From contig JAAOMT010000572.1 in NCBI GenBank assembly GCA_016748015.1, positions 186,001 to 250,000 of the forward strand: DNA of 64,000 nucleotides, read 5' to 3'. This stretch comes from Geosiphon pyriformis uo1. Lineage: Eukaryota > Fungi > Glomeromycota. Shown piece after piece: positions 24,193-37,087 of the stretch. Every line of letters begins with the position of its first letter. Positions within the stretch are counted from its first letter, which is position 1. Made by a program: the position numbers and the translations under genes. The notes under the pieces were generated by a model, which had not been told where the DNA came from, did not search any database, and worked only from the letters and a program-made list of their open reading frames with translations.

Positions 24193-25201
24193 TATTATCC
24201 AAATAGAAAAACCAATCCAAAATTATAGAAAAAACATGACCAAAAATGTGATGACATAAAATAATACAGGATAATACAAAAGAACACAGAATAACATGTA
24301 ATAACTCAAGATAACATAATACAAAACTTGATTACATGTTATAACATGAAATAACTAGTTAAAACATAAAATAACTAGTAATAACATAGAAAAATAAAGC
24401 AATAACAGAAATAACAAAATAATAGCTAGCAAGAATGAAACAATTAAAAAGCAATCCTATAAAACAAAAAATATATAAAAATAAGTAATTATAGAAGCTA
24501 AAAAAGATAGACAAGAATTAATTTCTTTTTTTTATAATTATTACATCTTATGCAAAATAAAAAATCTATTTAAAATCTTAAATTATCAATATATAGTCAT
24601 TAATTATCTTATGTTTTCTTTAAACTAATCATTGTTTTGTACTTTTGTTCTAGAACAGATGCTTTTAACATAAACATCTTAAACTATTAATGACTTGGAC
24701 CAATCACTCTTAATTATTGTAATTGATAATACTAATTTATTTTCTTTTATTTTTATTTTTATTTTTTTTTATTTTTTATTTTATTTTTTATTTTATTTTT
24801 TCTTGTAAAGTGACAACATAGAAAAATTAATTGTCTAAGAATAAACTTTATAATAGCCTGGTAAAAAAGAGAAGCTTCTCCTAAGTTTAGATATTAATAT
24901 TATCTTGGTAGCTTACCAGAAAAGTAAAAAGACATCACCAAATCCTAACAATTGTGCTTATTAGCTTGGAGAAGATAGCTTACATTTACATACAAAAAGT
25001 TGTAATACCATAAAACATTTCTTTGTGTTTTATAACCAAAAAACTCTATGGGTAAATTCATCTCCAGCAAAAGACTTTTAAAGACTAATAAACTAAATAC
25101 AACAAATAAACAGACTTATAAAAACTCTTTAAAGCTCCCTTCAAACTAAAAGTCAGAACACCAAATGTTATTATTATATCTTATTAAGTTTACCCATAAT
25201 A
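24193..25201 (+). repeat. 3' LTR of element A (about 1 kb)
   Basis: Follows the PPT. Termini TATTAT..ATAATA are eroded TGTTAC..GTAACA, and the TSD TCAT follows. Confidence 0.8.
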
Positions 25202-28200
25202 TCATACACTAAATACAGCATGCTTTTTTGTTAATCCTTCTATAATTATATTGACCATAAATTTAATTTTACTTGGCTCCAAAATCAATTTATTATCTAC
25301 AATCAGATAGTTAAAGACAACTTTTCAAAAAGATCTATTTAAAACACTCTTGATTATTTTATCTTTATTAAAACAAAAGTTTTCTATCTATTTATTTATA
25401 GCTTTCCTAATTGAATCATTTTTAACAACTCTAAACTCATAATATTTGGACTTTTGGTAACTTTTTTTAATTTTTAACAGATAAATTTAAATTATTTGTA
25501 CACTTATACTATTATTAAATATTACATATGCTTTGGTTACTTCTTTTATATCAATAGTAAACCAAGTATTAAAGAGGCAAACAGTATTCAAACATTGATT
25601 TAAACCTATACTTTACAAGTTTTGATACCAACAACTTCAACTTGAAAAATCTTGATAAAAACTTATTTCTAAAACAGTCAAATTCACTAAATTATAGCTT
25701 AAAAAACACTTTATTAACAGAGCTGACCACAACATCTTTCAGAACTTTTCACATAATATCCAAATTATCACAATTTTTTGTATTATTAAAACAAAGCAAT
25801 AAGCTTGAAAATTTGTCTAAAGAGCACTCTTTAAACTAAGACCACTTGTCAGCACCAGCATCTTTAATTTTAAACTTTCATCTATTTTTATTTGTCTGTT
25901 TATGTTTTATATTAAGATAAACATTCAGAAGACCACTTAAACCAACTGCAATTGAAACAGCTCTGTGATTAATATCAAAGAATTCAAAAACAGAATCAAT
26001 TTCATGACCAGTGATAACAGATACCAGACTTTGGTTTACAAAAATAAAGCTAATGACTTTTTCAACATCTTTAAAATTGCCTTAAGTAGAAATCTTAACC
26101 AAAGAATGTTTACCAAATAAATTGACCAGACCCAAATTCAAACAAAACCTAAAACTTGCATTTTTTTTAAACCTATTTTTATTGAAATCTCTATTTAAGA
26201 CAACAAAACTTCTAGAATTGACTGCCTTAGCTATAAAAAAGTTAACTTCTGAAGCAAAATTGAACCTAATCTCAGCAGAAACACTAGCATATAAACCCAG
26301 AATTAAAACTAAAAGCTTGTTTTTAAAAAAAAGCCATATCAAAATAATCTAACCAAGAACTTTCTCAATCTTAAAAACATAATACACAATAAAATTGCTC
26401 ATGATAATTGCTACTCTAGTACCAAAAAACTTCTTGTTCAAACCAGACAAGAAGATTTTTATCTCATTAAACTTGTTTATAATCTATAGTCTAATACTAA
26501 ATCTTAACTTTGTTTTTATAATAATTAAAACTGTATTCTCTGATTTTTTGTGTTAGCAAACAAGGTTTTCCTGCTTTGTAAAGACATTAATATTCTGAAC
26601 ATTGTATGTAGTAATCTTCCAGACCAATTCACTTATTAATAAAAGAAGATACCAAAGAACTTGGATTAGCACACAACTAATCTAACTTCACTAAAACTAA
26701 ACTAACAGAGGCTTTAAGAATTACCAATTTTGACTTTAAGCATCCTACTTTAGTAGTCAAAACTTTCAACCTACTCAGACCCAAAGCTGAGACACCAGAA
26801 AAAATAAGAAAAAAATGCAAAGACATCAACTTAGAACCATCTAAAATCATATTTAAACCCAAATTCAAATTGGCAGCCATTAAGGTAATCAAGACATAAA
26901 AAAAAAAGAGAAAAACCAGAGACACCAATTCTATATTGTTGAGTTTGTACACTAAGCCAAAAATTTAATCTATTAAAAGCTCCAAAGAGTATTCTAAAGA
27001 GACCAAACAAGCATTTAAAAATAAGATATTAGTTGAAATGGAAAGAAAACTATCACCCAAACCTAAGACATTAGGAGAAAAAAAACCAGAACCAAAACTA
27101 AAACAAATACTACCAGAAAAACCAGCAAATGAGACCACTTGGGCCAAAAATTTGCCATTAAAGACAGCAGGATGAAAAATTAGAACACTTTTTTTTTGTA
27201 CAACTTGGCAAGCTGAAAGCAATTTTTCTCAAAAGCAGCTCTTTTATAGGGTTTTTTAGAAAATAGCAGAACAAACACACCTAATATATCATACACTCAC
27301 ATTTTTCACAACAAACCAAATCCAATCTAGCTCAAAAGAGCTTTATTTTACCAAAAATTGGCTCTATACAAAAAACAGATTCCAATTTCTCATCAAAGTC
27401 AAAGCCAACTACAGCATAGCAAATCTTATTACCAGTTTTCAAAGATTAATTTATGATGCAGGTTTTCTTACCAGTTCTTTTCAAAAGAATTCTAAGATTA
27501 TAAGCCATTGTTCTCATAGACAAAGTAAATAAAAGCACTATAAATTGATTTTTAGATGTCCAAATCTTATGATTTTTCACAGTTTTGATTATATGCACAG
27601 AATTTTTCCTGATTAAAAATGATTATCTAGCCACCAACTGATTAGTCTAACTTGATTCAATAAATTCTACCACAGCTTTTTGCCATAGTCTAATAAGTTG
27701 TAATCAGATCAATACTACTTAACCAAACTTGGACAAAGCTGCAATAATTATTTCCTTAGACATATTCATGAGAATTTTTTTAATTATTATGATCTGATCT
27801 AAATGAATTTTTTGTTTTTTAAGATTGCTGTTTACTTTAATATCTTTATTTTCAGCCAATAATGCAGTCTTATCCATGCTTTCCTCTAAAGTAAACTTAA
27901 TCTAATAATCTCTTCAAATTTTAAGGAAATAGTGGCTTTCTTAAAACTATTAACAATTGAAAATAATTTTCTAATTAACTGAGTTTTTATCATCACCAAT
28001 TTGCCTTCTACAGCAGAGAGATTAATGTCCAAAGCAAATAACTTTTTAATAGACATCTCTATTTAAGATTTGACAATTTTTGAATTGATTTATTTTCTAT
28101 TTAGAGAGATAGACAAGTAAAAAGAGAAAAAGATTTTATCATTATCTATATCAAAATTTAGAAAACTAAGTAGAAAACCAAAACCAGCTTTAATATTGAT

Positions 28201-28605
28201 ATGTTTAGCTTTAGAAATAATAGCAGCCAAGTTCAAGAGAGACCCATTATTAATACCAAACATATTGATATTTTTATCATTATTAGACAAGCTATCTACA
28301 TTAGAAAACATATTATTATTAGACTCAGATTTGATTAAAAAAATATTTTTCTCATTACCAAAATGTTTGACATTTTTAAGAACAACTTTTTTTTTTGTGA
28401 AAAAAAATCACCAATAGAATCATAAAAAGCACCTTTAAATAGTTTTTTTTAGACATATTGCTAGTCAAAACAGTTTTTAACTTCATGAAAAAAAGGTTAT
28501 TAAATAAAAAAATATTGAAATAAACTAATAAAAAAAACAAAAAACTTCTATTTCAAAAATGAGTTCTTTAAGAATTATTTAAATATAGAAGAAAAAAAAG
28601 TTTTT
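25202..28605 (-). mobile_element. LINE copy 1, 5' half (5'UTR, ORF1, APE endonuclease)
   Basis: ORF 26082-26342 (LGLYASVSAEIRF..VVLNRDFN) is homologous to 37087-37650. The 5' end aligns with 35159. A candidate low-complexity TSD tttaattaaatt lies at 5520-5531 and 28606-28617. Confidence 0.88.
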
Positions 28606-29073
28606 TTTAATTAAATTAAATATAAAAAATTTTAACAAATTAAAAAATACTAATAAAAATTAAGAAACAATATATATAATTTGATAATAATAGGTTTTAT
28701 TATGTTTGAAATTTTTATATACTCTTATTTATACAGTTTAATATTTTAAATCTGTAATTATTATTTAGAAATAATTATCAAAAAATTTAATTAATTAATT
28801 TATATTTAATTATATTGATCATTGAAATTAATAATATACAATTATAATTCTAAATTTAACTATTTAAATCTAATTATATAAATTATTAACTCTTAAAAAA
28901 ATAACATATTAAATAAATTTATAATTAAATTAATTAATTTAATATATATAAATACTTAAAATAATTTTATAATAATATGTAAATTTTATGTAATTTAATT
29001 ATATATACAGCCTTTTTGTAAGTTAAAAAAAAATTAATTTTTTTTTATAATTTTATAATAAACAATTAGTTAT

Positions 29074-29098
29074 TATATATATATATATATATATATAT
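29074..29098. repeat. (TA)n microsatellite
   Basis: About 12 TA units. Confidence 0.9.
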
Positions 29099-29499
29099 TA
29101 AGTTTTAAATACTTTTTATTAATTTTTTAAGTATATAATAAATTTTTATTAACATATAAGATTCTATTATTTTATGTTTTTTAATTACATATTATTTATA
29201 TTTTATTTTATATTTTATTTTAATAAACAAATCATAAAATTATTATTTAATCTTGTTTTTATTAAATATTAATCAAATAATAAAAATTATTATATTATTA
29301 GCAACATAATTTTAATAATATTAATTTAATTAATTAAATATTTTAATTATATTTTTTTTATAAATTTTTTAATAATTCTTTTATCTTTATTTTTAAAACT
29401 AAAGTTTTAAATATTACATATTTTAATAATTAATTGAAAAAATTTTGATTATATTTTAATTGATTAATTTTAATTTTTAATTGATTATATTACTTGTGT

Positions 29500-31750
29500 T
29501 TTTATAAAATTTAATTATTATTTTTTTTAAGACTGGTTTTTGTCTAAAATAAATAGTAATAATAATATTTTTTTTATTTTAACAATTTATTTATTATTAT
29601 CTTTACTTTTTTAAATATTAAAATAATTTTTACAATTATATATATATTATAATTAATAGTCATATATATGATTATATGTATTGCTTGAAAAAAATATTGT
29701 ATTGCTAAAAAATTCTTAAATTTATGCTTTTTTTTAATAATAATACAAAAAAGTTTTAAGATAAAAAAAATCTGTTTTCTATAATAACTATTTCTAATAA
29801 TTTTGCTGGTTTTTTAGTTAATGTTTAAAAACTTTATTGGTTTTAAAACTAAGATAAAATTTAATAACATAAATAAAAATAAAATTAGTGTTATTAAAGT
29901 ATTTTTTTAAATAAAATATTTGTAAATTTATAATTATATTATAATAAATATTTGGTTTTAATATTAGAAATAGTATTAAGAAAACTAAATTATTTTTTAA
30001 TAAATATATTTTTAATAATTAAAACTTAATAAATTGAATTTACTTTTTGCTTATTTTAATTTAACTTAATTAATATTTTAATTTATTTAAATAATTAGTC
30101 ATATATAAAAAATATGTAAAATATATTTAATTTAAGTTATTTAGTTTGATATATATATTTAGACATATTTTATTAAACTTAAAAAAAATACAAATTAAAA
30201 AAAATTGTATTAGTAATTATTTTTTTTAATACTATTAATATTTTAAATTGTTTTTTTAATTACAAATTTTTGGATTTGCAAATTTTTAATTTCAAAATAT
30301 TTTTTACAGTTCTTTATTAAGTTAAAAATCAATTTAGTAAACAATTTTTTAATTAGTATTATAAAAATTTTTATAGATTATAATATTTTTTTTACAAATA
30401 ATTTACTTAATATATTTTATAATATTAACAATATTTTAATATTAATTATCTTAGAGACTTTTTTGTATTATAAAGTAGTTAACTTATTAAAACAATTTAG
30501 AATAATTTTTAATAACAGATTTTTAAATAAACATAACAATATTTTAAATTAAAAAACTTTTTACTATTAAAAAAATTAAATTTAAGAAATTTTATATCTT
30601 TTTTGTTTAAATTAATTTTTGATTTTATGTATGTTGACAGTTTTGTTACTGTTAATTTTTTTTTATTTAATAATTATTAACTATAAAATATTTTTGATTT
30701 AAGTGATTTTTTTAAATTAAAGAAATATTTATAGAAAACACAATTAAATATTATTAATATTTTTACAAATAAATTTTTAAAATTTTCAGCTTATTTAAAA
30801 TAAGTGGTCTTTTTTATAAATCTTAATTTGAATATTAAAATTGAAATTTATGGTTTGGTTTTTTTAATATTAATTAAATTACATATTATTATATTAACTT
30901 TTAAATATATTTTAGTTTTATAATAAAATAATAATTAATTTAAATAGTTAAGTTATTTAGATATATATTTTTTTAAATTAAGTTTAATTTCACTTAATCT
31001 TTATAACTATTATTAAAGAAAAAAATAAGATATTATTAATTTAATCTATAATAAAAAAATTTTAATTATTTAATTAAAAATCAAAAATTATTTTAGCATT
31101 AAAAAAATAATTAAATTAATATGTTAATTAATAAAACTGCTTTATTACTTTATTTTATTTTGTTAATATTTAAAAACAATATATTTTGGTAAATAAAATT
31201 GTAATTTCTGATAAAATTTATTATTTTATTTATAATATATATAGAGTTATCTATTGTGCTTAATAAAAAGCTAAGTCTAATTTATTAGTAGTTAATAGTT
31301 TATTAATTAAAGATATAAATTAAGTTTATATTTTAATAATATAATATTTTAATTTATATATACTGTTTAGTTTTATAAATAAATATTTGCTAATTTGTAT
31401 ATTATTACAAAAGTATTTTTAATATATTAATTGTTAATATTTTGGTTTAATTATAATTAATTTCTTATAAGTTTTTTAATTTTAATTGTATAATAATGCT
31501 AATATTATAATAAAAACTTTCTGTAAATATTATAATATAAGTTTTTTTTTAAATCTTAATTATTATTATATATTTATGTATTTTATTTTAAAAACTAATC
31601 TGAAATTTATTTACTACTATTAAAGTTTTTTTTAAAGTTATTCTTACAATTACTTAAAGTATTTTTTCAATCTAAAAACATAAAATATTAATAATTTTTT
31701 TTAATTTTACAATAAAATTTTAATTAATTAATAATAATATAAATAATTTT
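29500..31750 (+). mobile_element. Extremely decayed LINE ORF2 remnant
   Basis: About 30830-30890 translates NIKIEIYGLVFLILIKLH, an eroded form of the RNase H segment IGVKVDGLLSSTLVELQ. Boundaries are approximate. Confidence 0.4.
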
Positions 31751-32222
31751 AATTAGAAATAATTTTTTTAATTAATTAAAAATTTATTTTAATAATAAAT
31801 GATATAAAATAATTAATATAAAAAATGAAAAATTTTTTTTAATATTAAAATTACTATATATATATTTGTAGTTTTATAAGAAAATATTTTATTTTTAATA
31901 TTTTAATATAGTATTTATTATTATTATACTATTATAATTTAATTAACAAACTAATTGATAACAAGAAAAAACAGTATTATATTATTATAAATTAAGTAAT
32001 AAGTTAATAAATAACAAGATAAAACAAAATTGTATAATAATAAAAATAATAATTAAAGAAAAATTCAACTTTAAAAAGTAAATTAAATTAATATGAATTT
32101 TATATATAAGATCAGTTTTATAAATATTTTAATTATTATTCTTTCTAAAAAGTAACAAAAAAATCTAAAAATAAAGAAATAGTTTATATTATTAACAAAA
32201 AATAATACATTGGTATAATTTT

Positions 32223-32812
32223 TTTTTTTTTTTAACACATTTAATGAGTGTAGTCCAATCACTATTTAGTACATAGAGCCAAACTAAGAGACTTAAACTA
32301 AACATGACTCATGTACTTTCTACATGTGGCTAGCCACTCAGGCCAGACAAGACAACACTACACACTTATAATAACTCACACACTGCCACCCAGACCAGAA
32401 AAGAAACAATAAAGCTTCCGATGACCAAAGCTAACAGTAAAAAAATTGGCCACGCCAAGCAATCTTACAATACTATCAGACAAAACTGAAGACACACCAC
32501 AAGAGAGCCCAGAAACAATACCACCATCACAAACTAGACCAGCCCTTTTCATTACCACTCAGTGGCTGGCCCTAGCCAACCATGCTTTAGCACGATATAA
32601 CTTAACCATGAACCTAACATAATCAACAATCTGAGTAGCTGCCACCTTCCTATCCTCAAAAATACTGCAAGCTTTTTTATACCACTCCCCCAGCACAAAC
32701 CCTTTGCAAACCAAAGTGTACAACCCAACATCAAAGAAACATTGAGACAAAACTCGCAACATGGCAGAATCAGGGGAACTGCCAGCCAAAGCTGACCAAT
32801 GGGCAGAAGCCT
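32223..32812 (-). mobile_element. 5'-truncated LINE (ORF2 C-terminus, 3'UTR, polyA) with a 15-bp TSD
   Basis: Poly-T runs to 32233. CATTGGTATAATTTT occurs at 32208-32222 and 32813-32827. LYTLVCKGFVLGEW resembles LFTVLVKDFVLKDW. Confidence 0.92.
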
Positions 32813-35302
32813 CATTGGTATAATTTTATGCTTCATATTAAAACTTTTAAAATTTAATATTATATATTAATTATATTTTTTAGTAATATTTATTTAATAA
32901 TCTTTAAAATTAGCAATTTTAAATAAATACCAATAAGTAATTTTTTATTATAAAGATATTTAAATACTTTAAAAGAATTTAAAAAAAAAAATAAGTAAAT
33001 TAAAAAAAATTGAATATTTTAAAAATGATTTTTATTATTTTAATTTATATATATTTTATATATTAGAACATGTTTTTTTAAAACTAAGAAATATATTGTT
33101 TATATAATTATTTAAAATAATTAATAACTAGTTTAGTAATTAAATTAATGATTATTTTTTAAAAATAAGATAATTAACTATATAATATTAATAACTAATA
33201 CATATATTAATTAATAAAAATTATAATTTTTAATCATAATATTAATTTTTTTAAAGAAATTAAGCTTTGGTAAAATTAAATTATTTATAATGTATTCTAA
33301 TTAAAAAGTTTTATCTAATTTAAAATTAATTAGTTTGGTAAAATTTTTTATTAATAAGATATACAAGATTTAAAATAAAATAAATTTTATATTTAAAAAA
33401 CTAAATTTTTGTATAAAAGTTTTGGTTTTTTTAATAATAGTCAAATCTTTTAGAATATTTAACTATATAATACCCAAAATTTCTGTTTATATTTTTGAAG
33501 ATATTTTTTTAAGAGCTTTATATCTTTTATAATTTTATTAAAATAACCATAAAGCTTTAATTATTTTTTATATGATAAGTTTTTGTCTATAAACAAAATT
33601 TTTTTAATTGTTTTTTTAAATATGTTAAAAAATAATAATATTGTTAAAATTATGTATTTAAGCATATATTTATCTATTTTGTTACTAATTTTTTTTAATT
33701 GTGGTTTTTTTTAGTTTAATAATAATATATATTCTATTGTTATTAATTATAATTTGTTTTTTAATAATTAAAGTAATATTTAGATGGTTTTTAATTTAAT
33801 ACTTATAAAAAATATAGAAAACATTTTAAATGTTTTAATCTAAAAAATAGTTGTTTATGTTAATTAAAGATATTTCTGTTTTAAAAATAGTATATTTATT
33901 TATAATTAAATTTTTATTAATATTTGGATTAATATTATTACAATAGATAACTAATCAGATTATTTGTAATATTTTTTAAATTATATGTTATATATAAACT
34001 AATTATTAAAAATTATTTTATATTAATCTTATAAAATATAAGAATAATTTTATTAACTATAAAAAGTTTTTTTTACTAGTTAAAAAACTTATTTTTATAA
34101 ATATTATTTTTGTCTAAGTAATATTTTAAAATTAGATTATTAATACTTAAAAAAAGTGTTTTATATGTTTTTTTTCTTGAGTTTTTCTTAAAACTGTTTT
34201 ATCTTTTTAAAGACAATTATCTATATTTCTACCAATAAATTAAGAATTATATCAAGTTTTTTTTGCAAAATATCTTTGTATTTTCTAATATAGTTTCTTT
34301 AAAGAATATTGTTTTAATATTAGTTTTTATTAGTAATGTTGTTATTTTTCTATAAAACAAATAAAAGAGTTCATAATTTATTATGTTATAATTTACAGTT
34401 TTATAAATAAACAAAGCTAAGAACAGTATTTTGTTTTATAAATTTGTTTTTTATTAGTTTTGACCAAAATTTTTCTATTAAAATATTCTATTAAGTTATT
34501 TGTTTAAAAGTAATAAAAAGATGAAAATTTATAAAATATTTCTGGTTTTTTACAAAGTTTTTTAATTAGAGTACTAAAAAAAACTTTTTTTGTATTAAAT
34601 AAAAGTTTTTTGAAATATTTATAGTAATAAATAATATTTTTATAAATAAAATTAGCAATAAAGACTGCTGTTTAATTAAATATAACTCTTGTTTCTATTT
34701 ATTTTATAAAATAGTCAGTAGTTATTATAATATATCTATTATAATTAAGAGTTATTGTTAAAAATTTAACAACATTAATACCAATTTTATTAAATGGTTA
34801 ATCAATAAACATTAGATAAATGTTTTCTTTTCTATTGGATTTTTTTTTTTGGCAAGTATTATAAGTTTTAATATAGTTAGCAATATTTTTTTTAAGATAG
34901 ACTAATAATAATAAACTAAGATTTTTTAAATTGTTTTTGTTTTTTCAAAGTATTTAGTTAATAAATTAGTGTACAATTTTTTTTTCTTTAAATTTTATAA
35001 TTTTCTAAAAATAATTAAAATTTTTTCTGTTTTTTTGTATAATTGGTTCTAATAAATTAAATAAAAATTTAATTGTTTTTACAAATATTCTTTTTATTGT
35101 CAAGTGTAATTTGGTAAATATTATTTTTTACCCAAAAATTTTATTAAAGCAGAATAATAAAAACTTCTTTCTCTCCTTCATCCCAAATTCCTAAAAAAGA
35201 GTCATAAGTTTTTTGAAAAGAAGTTTTTTTACAATTCAGTATAATAAATCCAAACCGTTTCTGCTTGATTACAAGACCATTGTTGGTCCCAGTATTGCTG
35301 TG

Positions 35303-37087
35303 ATGAAGAAGTCTGCCAAAGGCTTTAGTGCTAATACTGTTAGTAAGAACATTGCTTTTAGGAAAAAAAGAAAAAGTGGTGTTCTAAAAGATGGTGCTGC
35401 TTAAAAAATGGTTGTGTCTGATAAAGTGGTTGGTGGTTCTTGGGGGTTTGAGACTGGGGATACCACTGAATCTAACAGTGTGGACATGGAAAAAGAGTTT
35501 TTGATCGAGGAAACTAGTGTAGATTATGGAGAAGATGATCTTTTGGAAGGAAAAAACATTAACCAAATACCCAAAGGGCTTAAGATGGTTACTAAACAAG
35601 CTTTGGGTAAACCTCTGGGCAAAATTAATTTTCTGGACAATAATGATGATAATGATGATGTTCTGTCAAGTGGTCATTTGGAACTTCCTCCTCCTTTGAA
35701 AAATCTGGTTAATGTCCCTGTTCAAAAATCATTTGCTCTGAATATTGGGTTGAAAAAAGTGACTGGAAAATCCTCTCAAGAAAAACTTTCTGCAGTCAGA
35801 AAATTATTTTCAGAGATCAATGGTTTTGGGGGGGCCTCTACTCCCTCAAAATTTGCTGGAATCATCAGAGTGACATTTACTTCCGAATCGAGCTTGGCGC
35901 AGGCTTCAAAAAAGACTGGGGATGCAAAAATCTTGGTTAACACCAATCTCAAGAAACCAACTGGTCATTCAGATTGGGCTGTGGTGGTAAAGAAAATTCC
36001 AGTTGAAACATTGGTTGAGACTGTGCATGCTGCACTTTCTGAATTTGGTTCTGTTGTGTTAATCAAAATACAATTGGTAGGACTATGGCAAAAGGCAATG
36101 GTTGAATTTGCCCAATTGGATCAGGCTGATTTGGTTGCAGCTAGATGGTTTATCTTGATCGGGAAAGATACTATAAGAGTGGCTAAGGCTAATTCAGACA
36201 AGGAATCATGGAACACAAGAGATCAGCATAGCACTTTGCTCTACACACTACCAATAGGCACTAATGCACATAATATCTGGGACTTAATTGGTTCTGTAGG
36301 TGGAAAAACATGTGTCATCAATTGACACCCTGTTACATATGTTTGGACCAGATGTGCTATCATCTGTTTTGACTCTGCTACTTTGATTAATACAGTTATG
36401 AGAACCACACTTGTCTTGAAGAGCACCAATCTGTATTGGGCTCACCTGAGTTCTGCTAAGTGTGAAAATTTGGGTCATATATCTCTGGATTGTTCTGTGG
36501 GTAAGAAACCTTCTCCTGGTAAACTAGCTCACAGGATATTGTCTGAGGATGATAAAAGCAGGCTGGCTTCTATTTATGCAAGCTGCTCTGCTCCAATCTC
36601 CTGTCCTGTATCTTTTGGTGGTGTTTCATGGGCCAATATTGTTGGTGGGTCTTTTTTTTCTCCTCTCTCTGTACGTAATGAATTAGCTTCTTTTGGTTCC
36701 TCTTTGGGGATGAAACCTACTCCATTGGTGTCTGTGGAATTAAATGATAGGTTTGCCACTCTTGAGCGTAGTCTAGCCAGCTTTGTGGAACATGTGGACA
36801 AGTTGGCTAAGAGGTTGAACTCACCTGAGCTAATGGTTTTCCAGTCTAGTCCTGGATGTCAGCCATTGGTAACCCTTTCATTACAGAATCAAGGAGCAAA
36901 TATAGTGATAAGTGAGAGTTCAGGTGTGGCCACTGGTGGTGAGACTATTGCAGAAGTGGCAATTTTTGATCCTTCAGTTGTCTCTAAAATGAAGGAAACT
37001 TTGTGTAATTTTTCAGTCACAGTTATGGGCCTTTCAGCCAAAATTAACAATGCTGGTTTGGTTCCCAATGTTCATTCTTCTCAATAA
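35303..37087 (+). pseudogene. LINE ORF1 (RRM-like regions, degenerate CCHC knuckle, coiled coil)
   Basis: ORFs 35213-35404, 35408-36325 and 36383-37087 share one frame broken by TAA/TGA. AVVVKKIPV..KAMVEF and CENLGHISLDC are present. Confidence 0.85.

Larger units (their letters stand above)
8691..25201 (+). mobile_element. Ty3/Gypsy element A (outer), now a composite with B and C; 4-bp TSD TCAT
   Basis: LTR repeat 8691-9111 matches 24193-24612. TCAT lies at 8687-8690 and 25202-25205. Removing the element plus one TCAT restores the LINE ORF2 frame (KHAVFSV*SKS*SN*YVFLDYVNNNVF). Confidence 0.85.

Noticed and set aside
25159-25172. caccaaatgtta as a minus-strand LTR/PBS junction
   Set aside because: It lies inside A's 3' LTR about 30 bp from its end, with no gag downstream; probably coincidental.
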